Counted from the stretch's first letter, positions 1-6,067 are shown. The stretch is 32,000 nucleotides of DNA from Eubacteriales bacterium (GCA_031550435.1 JAVBOO010000011.1:1-32000), one strand, 5' to 3'. Notes: generated by a model from the sequence alone, not told the origin. Numbers and translations are program-made.

Positions 1-172
1 AACAAGAACGCTGAAAACAGACCGCCCCGCAATACTGTGGAGAACTTCCGGCGCTCTTATCGCAAGCATCGACGAAGGCATTTTGAGCGCACACAAAGCG
101 GGAACCGTCACAATCGAAGCGACAGACGCTTCGGGCGAAAAAGCAATGATAACCGTTAAAATATCAAACTAA
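1..172 (+). CDS. 3' end of a phage tail / host-recognition protein with a bacterial Ig-like (Big_2) domain; the 5' end is outside the window
   Basis: The frame is open from the window edge (first full codon at 2) to TAA 170-172. The translation ...DEGILSAHKAGTVTIEATDASGEKAMITVKISN has the Big_2 G-t-v-t-I-x-A-t..dG....v-x-V pattern. It lies directly upstream of the holin, where tail fibre genes usually sit. Confidence 0.6.
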   Translation, partial: TRTLKTDRPAILWRTSGALIASIDEGILSAHKAGTVTIEATDASGEKAMITVKISN

Positions 173-186
173 AGGGAGGAATTTCA

Positions 187-453
187 ATGAACAGCGAGAG
201 ACTGAACGAGAACGGCCCGATTGATGTTGTTGCAGGCCACGGCGCGGGTAAGTTCATACCCGGACCGATAAACCCCGGCGCGGAGCCGATTACGGTGTCG
301 GATTCCATCGAGGCGGCAGCGTCGCCGTTACAGGCGTGGTTGAGGGAAAGAGGCTATAACGAAGGCTATGTCGTTGAGGTAACGACCTCGGGCGTAACGC
401 TGAGAGTCCCCGAGATGGGTATATATCCGCAGCCGAAACCGGAGGTTAGATAA
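187..453 (+). CDS. hypothetical phage protein (88 aa) preceding the holin
   Basis: ATG is preceded by AAAGGGAGGA. The gene is tightly packed between the tail gene stop (172) and the holin start (455). I recognise no family. Confidence 0.55.
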   Translation: MNSERLNENGPIDVVAGHGAGKFIPGPINPGAEPITVSDSIEAAASPLQAWLRERGYNEGYVVEVTTSGVTLRVPEMGIYPQPKPEVR

Positions 454-454
454 A

Positions 455-853
455 ATGGAGCATATAACTGTATTTTTCAGAGTGGCGGCGGCCGGTCTTT
501 GCGGACTGGCCGCATTTCTTTGGGGCGCTCCCGAAGCTTGGATACTTGCGCTTTTGGCTTTTGTCGTGCTGGATTACATATCGGGGCTTGCCTCCGCGAT
601 GGTCAATGAACGGCTGTCCAGCAAAATCGGTTTCAAGGGCATAGTTAGAAAGACTATGTTTTTCGCGACAGTTGCAGTCGGGCATATAATGGACAAGCTG
701 ATCGGGCTCAACGGCGTTTTGCGTAATGCCGTAATAGGCTTTTTGATAGCGAATGAGGGCTTAAGCATATTAGAGAACGCGGCGGCCTGCGGGATAGCCC
801 TGCCGTCGAAATTGATTGATGCGTTAAAGCAGCTGCAGGATAAGAGTAAGTAG
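455..853 (+). CDS. phage holin (phage_holin_4_1 / toxin-secretion-phage-lysis holin type)
   Basis: 132 aa with three hydrophobic helices and a charged C-terminus. The VLDYISGLASAMVNERLSSKIGFKGIVRKTMFF...ANEGLSILENAA core is typical of this holin family. A GGAGG RBS is present, and the start lies 2 nt after the upstream stop. Confidence 0.85.
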   Translation: MEHITVFFRVAAAGLCGLAAFLWGAPEAWILALLAFVVLDYISGLASAMVNERLSSKIGFKGIVRKTMFFATVAVGHIMDKLIGLNGVLRNAVIGFLIANEGLSILENAAACGIALPSKLIDALKQLQDKSK

Positions 854-895
854 GGAAGAAGATTGCCGTTGCCGGCAAGCTCATGAATAAAACAC

Positions 896-924
896 TTGAT
901 TTGTTGGCATAAACGGGCTATAAT
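896..924 (+). promoter_or_regulatory. sigma-70/SigA-type promoter, TTGATT-17-TATAAT
   Basis: -35 TTGATT at 896-901, a 17-nt spacer, -10 TATAAT at 919-924. It points toward the 3' end of the minus-strand Hol-Tox-like ORF. Confidence 0.45.
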
Positions 925-930
925 AACGGT

Positions 931-1045
931 ATATTAAAAGGAGGGTGCGCAAACACCCTCCCGCACAGCCGCTTAAAAGGCGGTAGGTTCACGGATTAGT
1001 AATAAATAGCCGCTTACCTTGGCATGGGGCGGCTATTTTCTTTTC
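931..1045 (+). ncRNA. candidate ~115-nt small RNA, a possible type I antitoxin convergent with the Hol-Tox-like gene
   Basis: The predicted TSS lies after the 896-924 promoter. There is an internal hairpin GGAGGGTG/CACCCTCC (940-961). The RNA would end at the bidirectional terminator 1005-1045, which overlaps the toxin stop codon. No credible ORF is present. Confidence 0.25.
1005..1045. terminator. bidirectional intrinsic terminator
   Basis: A 9-bp stem AATAGCCGC (1005-1013) / GCGGCTATT (1029-1037), A-rich on the 5' side and with a T-run on the 3' side. Confidence 0.6.
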
Positions 1046-1116
1046 CAAAATTTCAGAATAAGAATTACCAGCGTTGCGAAAGCTATCATCAAAGATAACG
1101 ATTCATACACGCTCAT
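1033..1116 (-). CDS. 27-aa holin-like toxin peptide (Hol-Tox, PF16935-like); candidate type I toxin
   Basis: ATG at 1116-1114 is preceded by AAGGGGGTGA. The translation MSVYESLSLMIAFATLVILILKFWKRK is a single TM helix plus a basic tail, with the YE.L.LM..F motif that I recall from 'putative holin-like toxin' peptides. It is below the ORF-track size cutoff. Confidence 0.55.
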   Translation of the reverse strand: MSVYESLSLMIAFATLVILILKFWKRK

Positions 1117-1173
1117 AGGCTCACCCCCTTTCAGAGGGAGTAGCCTACCGCCCTTATGCTTCTGTGCAAGCGG

Positions 1174-1202
1174 ATTATATCATACACATATCAAAAAGTC
1201 GA
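1174..1202 (-). promoter_or_regulatory. promoter of the Hol-Tox-like gene, TCGACT-17-TGaTATAAT
   Basis: Minus-strand -35 at 1202-1197, a 17-nt spacer, and an extended -10 (TGATATAAT) with TATAAT at 1179-1174. Confidence 0.45.
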
Positions 1203-1224
1203 CCTTTACGAGTCGGCTTTTTTG
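1196..1224 (+). terminator. intrinsic terminator (+ strand)
   Basis: Stem AAGTCGAC (1196-1203) / GTCGGCTT (1212-1219, one G-U pair), followed by TTTTTTG. Confidence 0.5.
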
Positions 1225-1306
1225 TTTGTCACAACTTGATGCTAAAAATTAATTTTTGGGTGCATCGAATTTGACATTAAAATATATGCAAAAATCGTAA
1301 AAAATA

Positions 1307-1336
1307 TTGACTTCTTTTCTCAAATTTGCGTATAAT
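1307..1336 (+). promoter_or_regulatory. promoter of the immA-like operon, TTGACT-18-TATAAT
   Basis: -35 at 1307-1312 and -10 at 1331-1336. An approximately 200-nt leader follows before the GTG at 1543. Confidence 0.5.
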
Positions 1337-1542
1337 AACAGTGAAGTACCGCAACTCTCGAGAATCAAGCGGAGCCGCGGCGTATTTGTGATAAAAGAAG
1401 ACCATGCCGCACGTTCCGACGAGCGCTTCACAACAGAGTCGCTTTTACCGAGTTGTATATTATTTTTGAGGTTGCAACGAAGAAGCAAATCACGAATCGC
1501 TAGGCGGTATTTACAAATGACTTTGGCAAAGGCGGTGTTACT

Positions 1543-2037
1543 GTGACCAAGCAATATGATGCCGAAGAGGTTCTGAAGAAATACAGTACCGCAGATGTGC
1601 CTGTTAATGTTGAGGATATCTGCAAAGAATACGGAATAAAGGTTTTCGTTGAAGACTTAAGCGAGCTTGAAAAGAAATGCAGCAGACCGATTTCGGGTCT
1701 TATCTACAAAACAAACGACGTTAAAGTTATATTCGTAAACAGAGGCGATATTCTCCAAAGGCGAAGATTTACCATAGCGCACGAACTCGGACACTTTTTC
1801 TTGCATTTCGACGGTTCCGGAAAAGATACTATCATTAGTTTTCGCGGTCTGAGAAACAAAGAAGAGTCCGAGGCCGACAGATTTGCGGCAAACCTGTTAA
1901 TGCCTCAAGAACGTTTACTGAAAGAATATCATTCAATTCCATATCCGACAGCTTCATACTTATCAAAGATATTCAATGTCTCGGTTGCGGCCATGCGGTA
2001 CAGACTCAGCGAAATGGGGTTAACCTATATTGGGTAA
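1543..2037 (+). CDS. ImmA/IrrE-family (COG2856, Peptidase_M78/DUF955) zinc metalloprotease
   Basis: 164 aa with the HEXXH motif in RRFTIAHELGHFFLH and a downstream E..ADRFAANLLMP motif typical of the family. The GTG start has AAGGCGG upstream. Confidence 0.85.
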   Translation: MTKQYDAEEVLKKYSTADVPVNVEDICKEYGIKVFVEDLSELEKKCSRPISGLIYKTNDVKVIFVNRGDILQRRRFTIAHELGHFFLHFDGSGKDTIISFRGLRNKEESEADRFAANLLMPQERLLKEYHSIPYPTASYLSKIFNVSVAAMRYRLSEMGLTYIG

Positions 2038-2563
2038 TGATATTCTGGGTAACATAACCAAAAAAGCAAATAGCGTTAAGGGTGGTTGTCCCGAGCCGGG
2101 CGTTTTTAATCCGGCTGCAGGAGGCAACCCCCTTGTTTTTGATTATGAGCCGAAGAAAGACGAGGCGAAAATAAGAGTCGAAATTCTTGACTCAACACTG
2201 GATAGCGCTAATGCTATTTATAAGCTTGTGGACAAAGAAGAAAAAAGCAAAGCCAAGTGGCGAACATTTTTTATTCTGTCGTTTAGCATAATGCTGTTTT
2301 TGTCTCTAATCTTTATAAGTACAATGACGGTTCTTGATTCAATAGGCATGGTGGTTCTATCCTACGAACTCGTGATAGGAGTCTTTGTAAATATCTTTGC
2401 CGACATTTTTTCAATACTGTATTTTATGCTTAAGTACATAAACAACTCTCAATATCTTGAGTCATTCAGAACCACTTCGCACAAACTGCTGGATTACCTT
2501 GTGCAAGACAAGGCGACAAACGGAGCCGCAAAGCCGGACGCAAACAATAAAACCAAAAAATAG
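2030..2563 (+). CDS. two-TM membrane protein of unknown function, translationally coupled to the ImmA-like gene
   Basis: The TTG start overlaps the immA-like stop by 8 nt. It has an ~85-aa soluble N-terminus, two long hydrophobic helices (WRTFFILSFSIMLFLSLIFISTMTVL; MVVLSYELVIGVFVNIFADIFSILYFML), and a C-terminal helix with a basic tail. The start codon is uncertain. Confidence 0.55.
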   Translation: MGNDILGNITKKANSVKGGCPEPGVFNPAAGGNPLVFDYEPKKDEAKIRVEILDSTLDSANAIYKLVDKEEKSKAKWRTFFILSFSIMLFLSLIFISTMTVLDSIGMVVLSYELVIGVFVNIFADIFSILYFMLKYINNSQYLESFRTTSHKLLDYLVQDKATNGAAKPDANNKTKK

Positions 2564-2582
2564 ATAAACCAACTATCGGACA

Positions 2583-2607
2583 AGGAAGCATAGCCTTCCT
2601 TTTTTTG
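2583..2607 (+). terminator. intrinsic terminator
   Basis: Stem AGGAAG (2583-2588) / CTTCCT (2595-2600), followed by TTTTTTG. Confidence 0.65.
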
Positions 2608-2695
2608 TTTGCGAAACGGCGCATGATTTGATTCAGGCATATCAAAGTTAACACATTTAATTTACTTGTCTAATCTTAAACGAAAGAGGTGCAAC

Positions 2696-3355
2696 ATGAC
2701 CGTTACAACTAGCTATTTAACCCCGGGCGCAGAGCACGGACGCACGGGCAGAGCTTTAGCTCCGAAGGGTGTAGTTGTCCATTGGGTAGCCAACCCCGGC
2801 AGCACAGCTCTAAACAACCGTAAATACTTTGAAAACGGCGCGGGGGGCAATTACACTTCGGCGCATTACATAATCGGTTTAGACGGTGAAATTTTAGAAT
2901 TAATACCGCCCACGGAATGCGCACAGCATGCGGGTAAGTCCTACGGCGAACAGTGGAACGAGATGGCAAAATACAATAACTCAAAGCTGATCGGTATAGA
3001 ATGCTGTCACCCCGACACAAGCGGCAAATTCAGCGACAAGACCACAAAATCATTGACTGAACTTGTGCGCTACCTCTGCGAACGGTTCATGCTCGATTCC
3101 GACAAAGATGTTTACAGGCATTACGATGTGTGCGGCAAAAATTGCCCTGCGTTTTACGTGCAAAATCCCGCTGAATGGGACAAGCTGAAAGCTGCATTTA
3201 AACCCGAAGACAAAAACGCTCCCGCCGACTGGGCTAAAGCAGCATGGGATTGGGGAAAGAAAAACGGAATAACGGACGGCACGAGGCCAAAGGATAATAT
3301 CACAAGGCAAGAGGTTATTCAGCTGCTCTTTAACTTCTCTAAAAAACTTTTATAA
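2696..3355 (+). CDS. N-acetylmuramoyl-L-alanine amidase endolysin (Amidase_2/PGRP fold) with an SLH-like C-terminal wall-binding segment
   Basis: ATG 2696 lies after GAAAGAGGTG; the ORF-track TTG at 2666 is rejected. Amidase_2 motifs are VVHWVANPGS, SAHYIIGLDGEI, GIECCH and CGKNCP. The C-terminal ADWAKAAWDWGKKNGITDGTRPKDNITRQEV resembles an SLH repeat. Confidence 0.85.
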   Translation: MTVTTSYLTPGAEHGRTGRALAPKGVVVHWVANPGSTALNNRKYFENGAGGNYTSAHYIIGLDGEILELIPPTECAQHAGKSYGEQWNEMAKYNNSKLIGIECCHPDTSGKFSDKTTKSLTELVRYLCERFMLDSDKDVYRHYDVCGKNCPAFYVQNPAEWDKLKAAFKPEDKNAPADWAKAAWDWGKKNGITDGTRPKDNITRQEVIQLLFNFSKKLL

Positions 3356-3368
3356 GCGAAAACCCATT

Positions 3369-3391
3369 GACCGCCAAGGCGGTCTTTTTTT
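3369..3391 (+). terminator. intrinsic terminator after the endolysin
   Basis: GACCGCC-AA-GGCGGTC followed by a run of 7 T. Confidence 0.75.
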
Positions 3392-3516
3392 GTTTATTAA
3401 AACTGTACATATAAATAACTTGAATGGTTCACTATAAACGCAAATAATATATCTAAAGTGCAGAGGGATGACGTAAATGCCTAGTAAATACCATCGTACG
3501 TATATTTTTTCTAATT

Positions 3517-3546
3517 TTGTTGATTTTTTCCGTAAAATGATATATT
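3517..3546 (+). promoter_or_regulatory. promoter, TTGTTG-18-TGaTATATT (extended -10)
   Basis: -35 at 3517-3522, TG at 3538-3539, -10 at 3541-3546, upstream of the Panacea-domain gene. Confidence 0.4.
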
Positions 3547-3575
3547 ATTATCGCAAATCAGTAAATAAGGAGGGG

Positions 3576-4034
3576 ATGTATGTGATCACAGCTTTGAATG
3601 TTGCAAACAGCGTTTTGGACAGAGCTTTTATCGAAGGAATCGACATCTCTCCCATGAAGATACAAAAGATGGTCTATTTTATTTACAAGAGATATTACCA
3701 GAACACTAAGCAGCCTTTGTTTTCCGAAGGTTTTGAAGCTTGGCGCTACGGTCCCGTGGTTCCGACTATCTATAATGCTTTTAAACGATATGCGGCACGA
3801 CCTATTAAGAGTTTTTTCATTGAACAGGACGGTAAGGCTTACAGCGTAGATTTAAATTCAAGCGCTGAATTTAGAAAAGCCATTGACTATGTTTGGCAAC
3901 ACTACAGTCAGAAAGACGGTATTACGCTTTCCAACGTAACCCACAGGAAAGATACGGCTTGGTACAAAGCTGTTAAGAACTCAAAGCTTTGCCTCAGTAA
4001 TGACGATATTTTAACCGAGGAGTGGTTACAATAG
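3576..4034 (+). CDS. Panacea / DUF4065 (SocA, GepA-like) antitoxin-domain protein
   Basis: ATG 3576 lies after AAGGAGGGG; the upstream track extension is rejected. The core KIQKMVYFIYKRYYQNTKQPLFSEGFEAWRYGPVVPTIY matches the conserved KLQKLLY....g.pLf...feAW.yGPVv..vY signature of DUF4065. Confidence 0.8.
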   Translation: MYVITALNVANSVLDRAFIEGIDISPMKIQKMVYFIYKRYYQNTKQPLFSEGFEAWRYGPVVPTIYNAFKRYAARPIKSFFIEQDGKAYSVDLNSSAEFRKAIDYVWQHYSQKDGITLSNVTHRKDTAWYKAVKNSKLCLSNDDILTEEWLQ

Positions 4035-4363
4035 CTTCACGCAAGGGCTTAGACGAGCTCGCCGTAGCGGAAGCTCGTACTGAGAAAGAGTTGCCGTTGA
4101 ACAAACCCGTAAGAAAAACCGACAAGCCCTCTACGGGTGCGCCTAGTTTTAAAGACCGGCAAAACGACGCAAAAAGAATAAATGCGGTGAGGATTGTTTG
4201 GGGTTGTCTGATTATTTTAGTTTTATTTGTAGCGTTGGACTTCGTTAGAGAGTTATTATGTATTAGCGCTAAAAATGAGGTTCTCACACAAGGAATGGAT
4301 TTAATAAAAACAGCGCTACTGTTCGCCCTTGGTTTTCTGTTTGGCAATGGCTTGAGTAAATAA
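4022..4363 (+). CDS. small membrane protein; candidate Panacea-associated (PanT-type) toxin
   Basis: It overlaps the Panacea gene by 13 nt. It has a basic, unstructured N-terminal half and then two hydrophobic helices (IVWGCLIILVLFVALDFV; LIKTALLFALGFLFGNGL). A terminator follows immediately. The start (GTG 4022) is uncertain. Confidence 0.5.
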   Translation: MVTIASRKGLDELAVAEARTEKELPLNKPVRKTDKPSTGAPSFKDRQNDAKRINAVRIVWGCLIILVLFVALDFVRELLCISAKNEVLTQGMDLIKTALLFALGFLFGNGLSK

Positions 4364-4372
4364 TTCGGGGTT

Positions 4373-4400
4373 AAGAGAGTATCCATACTCTCTTTTTTTT
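4373..4400 (+). terminator. intrinsic terminator
   Basis: A perfect 10-bp stem AAGAGAGTAT-CC-ATACTCTCTT followed by a T-run. Confidence 0.75.
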
Positions 4401-4438
4401 ATTGCGGCGGTTCAAGCAAAAATAAAAATCAGGGGCGG

Positions 4439-4690
4439 CTAATGCCCCTGAACAATATCATCCAGTTTCGTTGAATATGCAAAGCAGACATTGAAGATAT
4501 CGGCACTAAAAAAATATTTCTCCATCAGATAATTTTTTCTGTCCCGAAACTCAGTGTTGCCCCAATCTTCACAGTTATGGCTTATCAAAAAGGTATCGTC
4601 GGCAGATTCATATTCTACTTTTGTATCAATTGTAGGGTAGCAGGCTTTAAACTCTTTTATGAAATAATCCACTAGACTATTAAGATTCAT
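4439..4690 (-). CDS. hypothetical acidic 83-aa protein (prophage accessory gene)
   Basis: A GGAGGG RBS precedes ATG 4690. A hairpin CAGGGGC...GCCCCTG overlaps the stop. I recognise no family. Confidence 0.5.
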   Translation of the reverse strand: MNLNSLVDYFIKEFKACYPTIDTKVEYESADDTFLISHNCEDWGNTEFRDRKNYLMEKYFFSADIFNVCFAYSTKLDDIVQGH

Positions 4691-4985
4691 CTTTGCCCTC
4701 CGATTCGTTAATAATTTTACTGACGGTCAATACTGAGTTTTGATACGGTCAAAAAAACAATATCACAATAAAACACAAAAGCCAACATTACTAAAGAATA
4801 AATTATTAGTCGGAGCGAGGCGAAAAGAGCATGCGCATAAACTGATAACTATCGGAATAACTGTTATTCAATATATAGGCCGCTCATTTTCCCTCTGGGT
4901 AGACGGGCGGCTTTATACATCCATACACCCCGATATACAAAAACTTTCCTGAAACAGCATGGTCATTTACCGCACATCCGTTATA

Positions 4986-5088
4986 AGATATAAAGACCCG
5001 CCGTGGGCGCCACCCCAATGCAGCGCCCAAACATGCAGCGGGTCTGCCAACCTTTTGTCCTAAGTCGGCCCTAATAGTATTTACCAAG
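4986..5088 (-). ncRNA. candidate ~100-nt small RNA ending at a strong GC-rich nested hairpin
   Basis: A minus-strand TATAAT lies at 5100-5095. The nested hairpin is GACCCGC(4995-5001)/GCGGGTC(5038-5044) with an inner GGGCGC/GCGCCC pair, followed on the minus strand by TTTATATCTT. There is no credible ORF. Confidence 0.25.
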
Positions 5089-5319
5089 GGGCTGATTATA
5101 TGCTATATCTACGAACGCCAAAAGTAGCCGTATTTAACAACGGTTTATTTTTGGCGCTTATTATTTTTTCCGTGATATGCAGATTGTCGAATCTGCTGAA
5201 ATTCCGGGCAAAATTTTGTGAATTTATAATTTCTATGTTCGATTGTTTTAGCTTTCATTTGATGTTATCATTTGCATATCGAACAATAATTCGTTATGAC
5301 ATAATCTGGGGGGCATAAT

Positions 5320-5520
5320 ATGAAAAAGGAAACAGCTATGAGAGAGTTGGAGAGGGTATGTCGGGAGAGAGGGGTGGAAATATATCTAGAAACAAGCGTA
5401 GCTCTAAACGGTTCTATATTTTTTGAGGCGACAGCACAAATTATAATCCTGCATAGCGCTATCGATGTCATTGAGACGGATGATATCTTAGCGGCAATTG
5501 CATACATAAATGAAGTATAA
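5320..5520 (+). CDS. hypothetical 66-aa protein
   Basis: ATG follows a GGGGGG run. It is the last ORF before the tRNA. It weakly resembles the N-terminal, pre-HEXXH part of ImmA-like proteins. The call is uncertain. Confidence 0.35.
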   Translation: MKKETAMRELERVCRERGVEIYLETSVALNGSIFFEATAQIIILHSAIDVIETDDILAAIAYINEV

Positions 5521-5532
5521 CTGATTGCATTT

Positions 5533-5580
5533 TGACTACTTTTTTGACTACTTTTTGACCTCTGACTACTACCTGACTAC
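5533..5580 (+). repeat. five direct copies of TGAC(T/C)(A/T)C heptamer; putative arm-type recombinase or iteron-like sites
   Basis: TGACTAC occurs at 5533, 5545, 5563 and 5574, and TGACCTC at 5556. All are read directly, and the spacings are 12/11/7/11 nt. Confidence 0.6.
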
Positions 5581-5618
5581 ACAAATTGCAGCAAAATTCA
5601 AGTGAATTCCGAACATAT

Positions 5619-5653
5619 AAAAACCCCCGCATCACCTTGATACGGGGGTTTTT
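5619..5653. terminator. bidirectional terminator downstream of tRNA-Lys
   Basis: AAAAACCCCCG (loop) CGGGGGTTTTT. Confidence 0.7.
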
Positions 5654-5658
5654 GCCAG

Positions 5659-5731
5659 TACACCTTCAGGGACTCGAACCCTGGACCCATTGATTAAGAG
5701 TCAATTGCTCTACCAACTGAGCTAAAGGTGC
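5659..5731 (-). tRNA. tRNA-Lys (anticodon CUU), no encoded CCA
   Basis: The reverse complement GCACCTTTAGCTCAGTTGGTAGAGCAATTGACTCTTAATCAATGGGTCCAGGGTTCGAGTCCCTGAAGGTGTA folds as a canonical cloverleaf: 7-bp acceptor, GCTC/GAGC D arm, ATTGA/TCAAT anticodon stem with loop CTCTTAA, and CAGGG/CCCTG T arm with TTCGAGT. Pair 1-72 is G-U. Confidence 0.9.
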
Positions 5732-5753
5732 AAACGCATTTGCAACATTAGAG

Positions 5754-5782
5754 ATTATATGTGCTTATCCGCGTTTTGTCAA
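5754..5782 (-). promoter_or_regulatory. perfect consensus promoter TTGACA-17-TATAAT for tRNA-Lys
   Basis: Minus-strand -35 at 5782-5777 and -10 at 5759-5754, about 20 nt upstream of the tRNA 5' end. Confidence 0.7.
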
Positions 5783-5890
5783 TAGCTTTTAACTAAATTG
5801 CCTGAAAAATTTTTGGCTTGCAATCATACGGCGGCAAATTTTTGTCCAAGCTTATACATATTTCCCGAAAAAGCCATTTTCGGTTTAACT

Positions 5891-5918
5891 TTCAATTAAG
5901 CAGCCTATGCGATATAAT
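5891..5918 (+). promoter_or_regulatory. promoter-like TTCAAT-16-TATAAT firing into repeat copy B1
   Basis: -35 at 5891-5896 and -10 at 5913-5918. The predicted TSS coincides with the first bases of repeat module B. Confidence 0.35.
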
Positions 5919-6067
5919 ATTACTGCGGAAGTGATTGGCCCCCCCAAATCACCCCCTTTTCAGGCTCCGAGGGCCTAAGAGGGATTGAGGCGGCAAGTTT
6001 AACGAATAATTTAATTGTCGCCTCAATATATACCGCATAAAATGCTTGCGCAGTTATTCGTGCCGAG
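5919..6067 (+). repeat. repeat module B, copy B1; interrupted by A1 and 3'-degenerate
   Basis: ATTACTGCGGAAGT (5919-5932) and ATACCGCATAAAATGCTTGCGCAGTTATTCGTGCCGAG (6028-6067) are collinear with B2 and B3. The sequence diverges after 6067. Confidence 0.7.
5931..6026 (+). mobile_element. repeat module A, copy A1 (MITE-like), nested inside B1
   Basis: It aligns with A2 and A4 (...CACCCCC...GGGCCTAAGAGGGATTGAGGCGGCAAGTTTAA...TTTAATTGTCGCCTCAA) and sits where uninterrupted B copies have GAAGT-TAA-ATACCG. Confidence 0.6.

Noticed and set aside
1249-1554. ORFs 1249-1554 (minus, 101 aa) and 1307-1546 (plus, 79 aa) in the leader of the immA-like operon. I examined them as possible Xre/ImmR repressor genes.
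   Set aside because: Neither translation, nor the other two forward frames, shows a helix-turn-helix pattern. The + ORF starts inside the predicted promoter, upstream of the TSS. There is no RBS. I treat the region as a non-coding leader.
3994-4386. 130-aa minus-strand ORF antisense to the PanT-like gene.
   Set aside because: It fully shadows a better-supported + strand gene and its terminator. It has no RBS and low-complexity, basic composition.
4740-5507. ORF-track entries 4740-4952, 4884-5087, 5100-5318 and 5268-5507.
   Set aside because: None has an RBS. They overlap each other and the strong hairpins, and their composition is not protein-like (Cys/Phe/Ile-rich runs). I regard the region as non-coding.
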